64,000 nt of DNA, from positions 1 to 64,000 of the IMG/VR virus record IMGVR_UViG_3300037585_005926; one strand, given 5' to 3'. The stretch comes from an uncultured virus (IMG/VR IMGVR_UViG_3300037585_005926) (taxonomy: Duplodnaviria > Heunggongvirae > Uroviricota > Caudoviricetes). This document shows positions 1-6,862 of the stretch, piece by piece (position 1 is the first letter of the stretch; every line of letters starts with the position of its first letter). The translations under genes were made by a program, and so were the position numbers. The notes under the pieces are model-generated. The model did not search any database and was not told where the DNA came from. It saw nothing but the letters and a program-made list of their open reading frames with translations.

Positions 1-53
1 CGAAACCTATACCACCTTGAGCGTGGCCACACTCGTACCCGCAGAGGCATAGA

Positions 54-371
54 ATGGACTTACCCATTGTCGTTAGCATGAATCCAATGTTGTACACTGA
101 TCGCGCTGGTCAAAAGTGGGCGGTTTCGGGTCAGCATTGGGTTGAAGTACCGGATACTCTGACTTTGGATGAAGTTGGCAAGTATATGATCGTGGAGCAG
201 CGCGAAGCACCCCCACAACCGGCTGACGTTGTCTCCTACGAGGTTCAAGGCAGTCGCGGGAACACTTACACCGTTAGCGACAACGGAGGCACGTGGACCT
301 GCTCCTGCCCCGGTTTCGGTTGGCGACGTAAATGCAAACATGTCGAGGCTCAGAAGAATGCAAGTCGGTGA
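54..371 (+). CDS. SWIM-type zinc finger protein
   Basis: C-terminal YTV...WTCSCPGFGWRRKCKHV matches the CxC-x(n)-CxH SWIM pattern. Confidence 0.75.
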   Translation: MDLPIVVSMNPMLYTDRAGQKWAVSGQHWVEVPDTLTLDEVGKYMIVEQREAPPQPADVVSYEVQGSRGNTYTVSDNGGTWTCSCPGFGWRRKCKHVEAQKNASR

Positions 372-525
372 TTTGGTTAAGGTAGATCCCATTGGGGCAG
401 GTCTTGTGACCGATGTATATTGGGACGATGAAGAAGGTTCAGAGTTTGTACGCATCCGGTTTATGGATGGCACATGGAGCCTTGAAAACGAAGATATTGT
501 GGAGGTTGTCAATGCAAGTCGGTGA
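358..525 (+). CDS. small SH3/KOW-like beta-barrel protein (VGDLV family)
   Basis: Starts MQVGDLVKV...GLVTDV; start reassigned from 229 to ATG 358, which overlaps the upstream stop. Confidence 0.7.
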   Translation: MQVGDLVKVDPIGAGLVTDVYWDDEEGSEFVRIRFMDGTWSLENEDIVEVVNASR

Positions 526-712
526 TCTGGTTACGTATTGGTATCAACGTCCGCGCTGGCGTAAAGGCGAGTCTGTTCATGTTGGTTTGGTTATCGAGAA
601 TGGAAAGTTTACCGGCAATCGTGACGTTAAAGTTTTGTGGAAGGGTGAACCAGACCCACAAACCGAATGTAGTCAACATCTTTCACTCGTTGACGATTCC
701 TTGACAACTTAA
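512..712 (+). CDS. small SH3/KOW-like protein (VGDLV family)
   Basis: MQVGDLVTYW...VGLVIE...VKVLW; ATG 512 has the same junction sequence as ATG 358. Confidence 0.7.
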   Translation: MQVGDLVTYWYQRPRWRKGESVHVGLVIENGKFTGNRDVKVLWKGEPDPQTECSQHLSLVDDSLTT

Positions 713-761
713 ACCTTGACGATCACCCCTTCCGGTGTTATATTATATGTATAGAAAGGAG
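690..761 (+). promoter_or_regulatory. early promoter module, copy 1 (sigma70 with upstream TGAC boxes and RBS)
   Basis: TTGACG 690, TTGACA 701, -35 TTGACG 716, 17-bp spacer, TGnTATATT 736-744, then AAGGAG. Confidence 0.85.
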
Positions 762-769
762 AAAACAAA

Positions 770-883
770 ATGTTTCAAAACCGTAACGGCATGATGGCCG
801 CTCTTATTATCGCTGATCTGACCTGCTGGTCTGGTCTTATCTTCCTCGCCTTCAAGTGGGCAACCTGCACATGTGGAGTATAA
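770..883 (+). CDS. 37-aa small membrane protein
   Basis: MFQNRNGMMAALIIADLTCWSGLIFLAFKWATCTCGV directly after a strong RBS; stop abuts the next ATG; below the ORF-track cutoff. Confidence 0.7.
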   Translation: MFQNRNGMMAALIIADLTCWSGLIFLAFKWATCTCGV

Positions 884-1264
884 ATGTCTGACAAAGTATT
901 GACAATCAATTTAACAGAGCGAGAAATCGATCTGCTTCACGAATGCATCAGCACCAATATGGAAACCGTTAAACGTCGCCACGATGTAACCGGCTCGACT
1001 GCCGATCTGCTCCAAGAGCTTGGAGAGCTTTCCGATGATCTTCTTGAGCAACTCCATCGCCATGATGACGGATGGGGCGCGCCAACGACATTCATGGTAG
1101 CAGAGGACGATTTTGTTAAGCGCGGAATGAACGCGCGAGAGCAGGCAAAAATGCATAGCCGAGCAGCAGCACGCAGAAACTTTAACTTGAAGGTAGGGGA
1201 CAAGCGCCTTTCAAAGACCCAGGTACACGATGTATGGGATGCCAATGACCCTAAAAATTGGTGA
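884..1264 (+). CDS. hypothetical early protein
   Basis: 126-aa ORF coupled to the upstream gene, GGAG upstream. Confidence 0.7.
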   Translation: MSDKVLTINLTEREIDLLHECISTNMETVKRRHDVTGSTADLLQELGELSDDLLEQLHRHDDGWGAPTTFMVAEDDFVKRGMNAREQAKMHSRAAARRNFNLKVGDKRLSKTQVHDVWDANDPKNW

Positions 1265-1268
1265 GCGC

Positions 1269-1448
1269 ATGAAAGTCGGCAACTTGGTGCGAAGAAATCA
1301 TTATGGTGCATCAAGCAAAGGTTGGGGTCCGGTTGGGATCATTGTCGGCCCTGCACTATCGCTGCCGAGCGACTGGTGGATCGTTGAGTGGGCTGCTGAC
1401 GGAAAGCGCGAGACTGTAAGAAAAGAACACATCCAACTCGTTTACTGA
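1269..1448 (+). CDS. small SH3/KOW-like protein (VGDLV family)
   Basis: MKVGNLVRR...VGIIV...IVEW. Confidence 0.7.
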   Translation: MKVGNLVRRNHYGASSKGWGPVGIIVGPALSLPSDWWIVEWAADGKRETVRKEHIQLVY

Positions 1449-1515
1449 CATTTCCTTGACACAAATAGCCTTGCATTTACCTCTCAGTGGGTTATATTAT
1501 ATGTATAGAAAGGAG
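1445..1515 (+). promoter_or_regulatory. early promoter module, copy 2
   Basis: CTGACA 1445, TTGACA 1456, TTGCAT 1471, TATATT 1493; shares TTATATTATATGTATAGAAAGGA with copies 1 and 3. Confidence 0.8.
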
Positions 1516-1523
1516 AGAAATCT

Positions 1524-1709
1524 ATGATCAAAGTTGGAAATATGGTTCAAAGCAAGTACGTACTGAGTGACGGCAAAGAGGGAAATCTCGGATTGGTGAT
1601 GGAAACTCGCAATACCGCAGAAGAAGCCAGCGCGGTGGCTCATATATATTATCCAAAGACACGCACATTTGGGTGGGTTCACACTAAAGACATGAAGGTG
1701 GTAGCATGA
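1524..1709 (+). CDS. small SH3/KOW-like protein (VGDLV family)
   Basis: MIKVGNMVQ...LGLVME; strong RBS. Confidence 0.7.
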   Translation: MIKVGNMVQSKYVLSDGKEGNLGLVMETRNTAEEASAVAHIYYPKTRTFGWVHTKDMKVVA

Positions 1710-2197
1710 AAGTAAAAGCAGTAATCAAGAAGATCAAAACGCACTTCAAAAAGCAGGGCATTGATATTGATGTAGAGTATAACGGAACGCGCTGGAGTTT
1801 TCAGCACAACGGTTACGTTGGTTCATTCCTGGCTAACGGAGCGATGGCGAGCGATACGGCTGCTCAACTTGAGGCCAACGCCTGCAACTTCCACGTTCGC
1901 CGCGGCGATGACTACTCAGATATGCAGTCTGACTATTTTGCTGGCTCATTCCGTGACAACGCGAGCCAGATGATTGAGGCTCTACTTCCTAAGCCGCCAA
2001 AGTTTAAGGTTGGGCAACTGGTGAGAGGCAAGCAGAACAAGCGTGCTATGCGCCAAGGCTACGCCGGCAAGGTTGGGCTTGTAATGGATGAAGGCGGCAG
2101 CGGATACGCTCGCATCGCTTGGGTCGGCGACAACTCAAACAGTAAAAGATTCGGATACCCGACATTTCCAGAACGCGATCTTGAGTTGGCTTCTTGA
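1706..2197 (+). CDS. hypothetical early protein with C-terminal VGDLV-family domain
   Basis: KFKVGQLVRGK...VGLVMD...RIAW; ATGA overlap with the upstream gene. Confidence 0.75.
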   Translation: MKVKAVIKKIKTHFKKQGIDIDVEYNGTRWSFQHNGYVGSFLANGAMASDTAAQLEANACNFHVRRGDDYSDMQSDYFAGSFRDNASQMIEALLPKPPKFKVGQLVRGKQNKRAMRQGYAGKVGLVMDEGGSGYARIAWVGDNSNSKRFGYPTFPERDLELAS

Positions 2198-2263
2198 CAT
2201 TTCCCTGACACGATCTTGCTTGCTTTTACCTCTCAACGGGTTATATTATATGTATAGAAAGGA
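2194..2263 (+). promoter_or_regulatory. early promoter module, copy 3
   Basis: TTGACA 2194, CTGACA 2205, TTGCTT 2220, TATATT 2242, then AAAGGA. Confidence 0.8.
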
Positions 2264-2272
2264 AAGAACACT

Positions 2273-2404
2273 ATGAAACTTCGCGGAAACAACAGCCTCC
2301 ACCCTCTCGCTCTTCACTCAGTATCGCCTGAGGTGGTTCGCCTGCTGGCCAAGTTCGATGCGCTGATGCTCGCCGGCCTTATCCTCTTGTCACAAACTGT
2401 CTGA
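2273..2404 (+). CDS. 43-aa small protein with hydrophobic C-terminus
   Basis: MKLRGNNSLHPLALHSVSPEVVRLLAKFDALMLAGLILLSQTV after an RBS; stop lies inside the next promoter box. Confidence 0.55.
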   Translation: MKLRGNNSLHPLALHSVSPEVVRLLAKFDALMLAGLILLSQTV

Positions 2405-2473
2405 CATTCTCTTGACAACTTAGTTGTTGACTTAGCCCTCTATTTCTGGTATAATGGTTATACCAAACAAGGA
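2401..2473 (+). promoter_or_regulatory. early promoter module, copy 4
   Basis: CTGACA 2401, TTGACA 2412, TTGACT 2427, 17 bp, TGnTATAAT 2447-2455. Confidence 0.85.
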
Positions 2474-2482
2474 AAAAAGACT

Positions 2483-2665
2483 ATGACCTACCGACTGACT
2501 TTTGACATTACCGCCCGCAACGCCGATGCTTCGGAACTGCTCGATCGCCTGATTGAGTTTCAGAAACAACTTGTTGAGGAGATCGAAGAGGATGAGGATT
2601 GGAACGGTGACATTATCGAAAATGTAGGTGATGAAGATACGTGTTGTGTCGAGTCTGTTGACTAG
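2483..2665 (+). CDS. small acidic early protein
   Basis: 60-aa ORF after promoter and AAGGA. Confidence 0.7.
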   Translation: MTYRLTFDITARNADASELLDRLIEFQKQLVEEIEEDEDWNGDIIENVGDEDTCCVESVD

Positions 2666-2743
2666 TCCCTGACATTTCCTTGACAACTTAGTTGTTGACT
2701 CCAGCCCATTTTTAGTGTATAATATAGTATATCAAGTAAGGAG
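2658..2743 (+). promoter_or_regulatory. early promoter module, copy 5
   Basis: TTGACT 2658, CTGACA 2669, TTGACA 2680, TTGACT 2695, 17 bp, TATAAT 2718, AAGGAG 2738. Confidence 0.88.
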
Positions 2744-2751
2744 ATATATCA

Positions 2752-3132
2752 ATGCCTCAAGCAAAAACAAACGACAGCCTGACCTTCAAACCTAACCCAA
2801 TGATCTGCAACATTGAGATCGGGTCTTCACGCAAGAAAGCGTATAAGCCACAGCCAGCGCCTCCAACGCGGAAACAACTGACAGGCTGGACCGTCGAGCA
2901 GGTTGGTCCTCAAATGTGGCGCGTCTTCCGCAACTCCACAACGCAAGGCAAGCAAGCGATCATCGACTACCCAACGCAGGAAGGCGCACAAGGCTTTGCT
3001 GATGGCTGCAACGGTGAGTATAAAGTACCCACCAAGATGAGCGCGGCTAGCCTCCGCAACAAAGCCAAGGAACATCTTAGCGATGAAGAGAAGGCTGATC
3101 TTGCTGCGCTCGCTGCTGGCGAAGGCATCTAA
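2752..3132 (+). CDS. hypothetical early protein
   Basis: 126-aa ORF after promoter and AAGGAG. Confidence 0.75.
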   Translation: MPQAKTNDSLTFKPNPMICNIEIGSSRKKAYKPQPAPPTRKQLTGWTVEQVGPQMWRVFRNSTTQGKQAIIDYPTQEGAQGFADGCNGEYKVPTKMSAASLRNKAKEHLSDEEKADLAALAAGEGI

Positions 3133-3427
3133 TCACACCTAACCCGTAAAGCGCAAAGCGCGAGAGGTAAAGTAAAGAAAATGAAAACCCCCAACTCCAT
3201 AGTGCCGAGTGCTGCGACGGGCCTGTATATGTCGCAGAGTAAGATGTCCAACCCTAACCCTTGAGGTTAAAGATAATGAAGATCCGACAATAACGGCTAT
3301 AAGAGGACTAGCCACCCTCATGATAAACGCGCTGGAATAATAGGAGAGCCGCCAGCCTTATAAACATAGAAGCCAAAACAACTAAGTCGAGTAGAGCGCG
3401 ACCATAAACAAAGACTCTACATTTATT

Positions 3428-3736
3428 ATGAAACATTATGTATCCCAGACAATTCTAAAGATGATTGACGGCCGCCTTGACTTCAAAGAGGTAGTGCTGA
3501 CACGCGCCGACTCTCGATGTGATGCGGCCGGTTGCTCCGAAGCCAATGTAAGAAGAATGGCCCAGAAGATGAGAGCGATAGGAATAGAAAACCTGCACGT
3601 CAACAAGTACGAAAAGAAGCGATACAATAAACTGATCCGAGAACAGAACAAGAGGCATAAAGAAAGAAAGCTAACAGCCTCCGACTTAGCCAAGATGACT
3701 GAACAAGCCGAAGAACTGGAGAGCAAGAATGTTTAA
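3428..3736 (+). CDS. hypothetical basic protein
   Basis: 102-aa ORF on the coding strand. Confidence 0.6.
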   Translation: MKHYVSQTILKMIDGRLDFKEVVLTRADSRCDAAGCSEANVRRMAQKMRAIGIENLHVNKYEKKRYNKLIREQNKRHKERKLTASDLAKMTEQAEELESKNV

Positions 3737-3905
3737 GGCTGGAGAGTTAGTAAAAAGAAAACAAGTATCATCTAAACCCAAAGCTGTATGTGTAGTAGTG
3801 GATAAGGATGAGAATAACTATACAGTATATAATAACTCTCTTAAATGTATACAGTTAATAGCTGTACCTGTAGTAGAAGGATTGTATAGTAAAGTGGTAG
3901 TATAG
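3729..3905 (+). CDS. small SH3/KOW-like protein (VGDLV family)
   Basis: 58 aa, MFKAGELVKRK...AVCVVVD; overlaps the upstream stop; below the ORF-track cutoff. Confidence 0.6.
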   Translation: MFKAGELVKRKQVSSKPKAVCVVVDKDENNYTVYNNSLKCIQLIAVPVVEGLYSKVVV

Positions 3906-4128
3906 GTATAAAGTGGCTTATGGTGTCAGACAATTACTTAGTAATGTGGGAGAGTGTGATTGAATGTATTATATTGTGTTGTTAAATGTGTTCTGTATGT
4001 GGTTGGATCTTAGTACATAGTCACTCTATCGCCATTTGTCAAGGTGTGAGTGCATGTGACAGCAATCCTCAATGTATCCAAGGACTTACAACACCGTGTA
4101 TCACCAACGATTCCAACCACTTACGCCC

Positions 4129-4200
4129 CTCACATTTATTTGACATGCGACAGCTTGACAACCACACCCCATCGTGCTATATTATAAGCATAGGAAGGAG
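4129..4200 (+). promoter_or_regulatory. early promoter module, copy 6
   Basis: CTCACA 4129, TTGACA 4140, TTGACA 4155, 17 bp, TGnTATATT 4175-4183, AAGGAG. Confidence 0.82.
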
Positions 4201-4207
4201 AAAGACA

Positions 4208-4294
4208 ATGACCTACACAACCGAGATGAAAGTATACGATGCGCTTGGCGCTGTCATGTGGACGGCCATGCTTTACCTGCTTATGGCGGTATGA
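4208..4294 (+). CDS. 28-aa hydrophobic peptide
   Basis: MTYTTEMKVYDALGAVMWTAMLYLLMAV directly after promoter copy 6 and its RBS. Confidence 0.6.
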   Translation: MTYTTEMKVYDALGAVMWTAMLYLLMAV

Positions 4295-4379
4295 CACTAC
4301 ATACGACACACTACCCGTAGTGTCTGCCTAGTCAAATCTTTAACGGATCCCGGTGGATCTAAGGAAGGACACACTATAT

Positions 4380-4736
4380 ATGGATTCTAACACGATATTT
4401 ACAATTGCTGACGGCAGCATCAGCGTTAAGTTAGATAAGGCCGAGATAAGTATATTACATTATATCGAGGGCTGGCTACCAACATTCACAGACTGGTCAG
4501 TTGAAGAGCTAGCACTGAAGTGCGATATGTTTGCGGCCGATGCCACAGCAGCGATTGATATGCTTATCCTATATGGATTGATAGAGAACGGTGAGACTGT
4601 CAGCGACTTCGGCAGACGTGTGCAAGTAACTGCGGCAGGCGCGCGATGGTTACAGATGAATGCCGAGACAATAAGAAGTATTAACTATATGAATAATACA
4701 GAACTGTTTGTATCGTCAGAGATTGCTGAAGCGTAA
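4380..4736 (+). CDS. putative winged-helix DNA-binding protein
   Basis: SVEELALKCDM...AIDMLILYGLIE...RRVQVTAAG resembles a MarR-like wHTH; AGGAAGGA upstream. Confidence 0.5.
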   Translation: MDSNTIFTIADGSISVKLDKAEISILHYIEGWLPTFTDWSVEELALKCDMFAADATAAIDMLILYGLIENGETVSDFGRRVQVTAAGARWLQMNAETIRSINYMNNTELFVSSEIAEA

Positions 4737-4870
4737 TAGAATGTCCGCGAGACTACTACTAAATAATATACTTACAAAGGGAACTATCATCGTGTGCTTT
4801 GCTCCTGTTATCTTATACGTATACAGTAGTGTGATTAAAGACTGCGTGTGTCATATATATGCAAACAAAC

Positions 4871-4899
4871 CTGACAAATGATTTGACAAGAACTTGACA
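4871..4899 (+). repeat. three TGACA boxes without a downstream -10
   Basis: CTGACA 4871, TTGACA 4883, TTGACA 4894, followed by CCCCCTACCCCCCTACCC. Confidence 0.65.
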
Positions 4900-5035
4900 G
4901 GAGGGACCACCCCCCTACCCCCCTACCCGGGATGTATGTGCCATTGCATGCGATATGCCTGTGAGAGCGACTAAGTACCTTCTCGATCGCGCCCAAAAAT
5001 TTCCCAAATATAAACCCGGAGAATATAGCCACTAG

Positions 5036-5043
5036 CATAGTTA
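5036..5043 (+). promoter_or_regulatory. putative late promoter (TANWTA), leaderless
   Basis: CATAGTTA 4 nt before GTG 5048, no SD. Confidence 0.5.
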
Positions 5044-5047
5044 AGAC

Positions 5048-5287
5048 GTGAGCTATAGCGATTTATTCAAGCACGCACCCGAGCATCCGTTCAAGGTTGG
5101 AGACTTGGTCACATGCGCATGTCATGGGGGCCTAGCCATCATCATTGACTTGTATGACAAAGACGATGACGAGGTGTATCCTTCCATGAACATGATGCGC
5201 ATCTATTGGGTTAGGTACCCACACGACGGAGTAAAGGAAAGGATATGGGTGCATACAATAACAAAGATGAGAAAGTATACGTTTTAA
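5048..5287 (+). CDS. VGDLV-family small protein
   Basis: PFKVGDLVTC...GLAIIID...RIYW. Confidence 0.7.
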   Translation: MSYSDLFKHAPEHPFKVGDLVTCACHGGLAIIIDLYDKDDDEVYPSMNMMRIYWVRYPHDGVKERIWVHTITKMRKYTF

Positions 5288-5314
5288 TTTAAGCACGTAG
5301 CGCATATATATTAC

Positions 5315-5614
5315 ATGAGAAAAGTTGAGGCGCCGTGTGTCGATAATGATTTGCAGGTTGGGGACTTGGTGCAGTATACACCGTTCAATCCAACGCCGCA
5401 CATACACATCACATACCCAATCGATTATGGAGACTTCGGTATTATATTGGAGATAGACGTTAACTTTGAGGGAGACCTTAACGACGTTCGACGTCATTTA
5501 AAGTCGTTAGCATCCCGTACAAGGCCGATAATCTACCGTATAATGTGGTTGCGTGCAGGAATCGTACAGACAATCCCAAGAACGCATCTAAAATTGGCAT
5601 CTTCCGGAAAATGA
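5315..5614 (+). CDS. VGDLV-family small protein
   Basis: LQVGDLVQY...FGIILE...YRIMW; CATATATA 4 nt before the ATG. Confidence 0.7.
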   Translation: MRKVEAPCVDNDLQVGDLVQYTPFNPTPHIHITYPIDYGDFGIILEIDVNFEGDLNDVRRHLKSLASRTRPIIYRIMWLRAGIVQTIPRTHLKLASSGK

Positions 5615-5643
5615 ACCTAATTACAGCAGGCAGAAAATAAACC

Positions 5644-5889
5644 ATGAAAATCAGTAAACAAAGATTGCGCACAATAATCGTCGAAGAGATAACTAAATCC
5701 GATCGTAACGAGATTGAACGCATGATTAAGAAAGAACTAAAGGCGATGGTAGAGGACGAAGTTGCAAAAGCGATCAAGTCGAAGGACATCAAGGACGATA
5801 TCGGTGATATATCCAAGAAAATCTTGAAGAAGTTGTACAAAGACATGTCCGTGCACCATCCATACATAATAGATCGTATTAAAGTATAG
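5644..5889 (+). CDS. putative head-associated protein
   Basis: MKISKQRLRTIIVEEI N-terminal motif; CCTAATTA at 5616. Confidence 0.7.
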   Translation: MKISKQRLRTIIVEEITKSDRNEIERMIKKELKAMVEDEVAKAIKSKDIKDDIGDISKKILKKLYKDMSVHHPYIIDRIKV

Positions 5890-5932
5890 AGTACACTATT
5901 TAAACACTCACTGAGTGAAAAGGTTAACCTAA

Positions 5933-6184
5933 ATGATTAAAGTAAATATTATAGGCATGCTCTTGTTGGGCATTACTGCTGTGAGTACCGCTGATACTGG
6001 AAAGCTAAAAGCGCGAGACAAGATCACTTCTATTACCACACAGGATCTGGTAAAGGTGGGTGACACTGTCGACGTGAATACCGTATATGCTCCAGTAACC
6101 CAGTGCACCGCCGCCACTGCGAAAGAATCCAACCAAGTGATCAAGGATTGTGCTAATCGTCGCCCGGGCTGGTTAAAACTATAA
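5933..6184 (+). CDS. secreted hypothetical protein
   Basis: N-terminal signal-peptide-like segment; ACTATTTA at 5895. Confidence 0.6.
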   Translation: MIKVNIIGMLLLGITAVSTADTGKLKARDKITSITTQDLVKVGDTVDVNTVYAPVTQCTAATAKESNQVIKDCANRRPGWLKL

Positions 6185-6200
6185 GCCGCCTAGTTAAGGT

Positions 6201-6443
6201 GTGGACCTTAAGCCCGGTATATTCTTGTATGACGTCGATACCAAGTCTATTGGTATACTCATTCGACGATTCTGGTCCTATGAGGGAATGTACTATCCGT
6301 CATACGTGCACGGCACCCACGACCACTTTAAAGTATGGATCTGGGAGATCGTGTGGTCAAGGCCTGGCATGGAACGCATATCCGAATCGGGCTTGATTAA
6401 TCTGATTAAAGCGGACATTATAATCATCCTTAGTGATACTTAG
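6201..6443 (+). CDS. VGDLV-family small protein (divergent)
   Basis: LKPGIFLYD...IGILIR...WEIVW; CCTAGTTA 4 nt before the GTG. Confidence 0.65.
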   Translation: MDLKPGIFLYDVDTKSIGILIRRFWSYEGMYYPSYVHGTHDHFKVWIWEIVWSRPGMERISESGLINLIKADIIIILSDT

Positions 6444-6449
6444 AGATGC

Positions 6450-6725
6450 ATGGCAAACACTCTACGCGAAGAATGTGAACAAATGAAGTTAACTATTGGC
6501 GATTTAATCGTCGATACTGGCTGTGGCAATGTCGGAATCTTGGTCGACCATGTTCGGCGCATTAGTATAGAAGACGATGATGTGTATTTCTGGACCATCC
6601 ACTGGACCAAGGAGACCGGCTATGATAGTTATGCGCCTGTTGCTATACAAATGGAAGAAGAAGGCCTTAAGATATCGATTGTGGTCGGTTTGTATGATTT
6701 ATTTAGAACGAATGACCCTGAATAA
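6450..6725 (+). CDS. VGDLV-family small protein
   Basis: LTIGDLIVD...VGILVD...WTIHW. Confidence 0.7.
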   Translation: MANTLREECEQMKLTIGDLIVDTGCGNVGILVDHVRRISIEDDDVYFWTIHWTKETGYDSYAPVAIQMEEEGLKISIVVGLYDLFRTNDPE

Positions 6726-6862
6726 GAGGAAAAATTTTAGGGAAAAGTAGAAAAGAAAAATAAAAAAATTTCGACTTTACGTTGGCCGCATTGGGGGTGC
6801 GCCGGGTGCAAAATAATGTTATTTATGGCTGAAATAAATCTTGGCGTATATTTATCCTTGTA

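Noticed and set aside
690..2743. CRISPR array
   Set aside because: The repeats are degenerate promoters separated by whole genes, not constant repeats with 30-40-nt spacers
3250..3261. Telomere-like AACCCTAACCCT
   Set aside because: Only two units; compatible with chance
3986..4207. 5' part of ORF 3986-4294
   Set aside because: Spans promoter copy 6; the real start is probably 4208 after AAGGAG
6726..6862. A-tract-rich gap as a terminator or bent-DNA element
   Set aside because: The GC hairpin is weak with no U-tract, and A-tract phasing is unconvincing by eye
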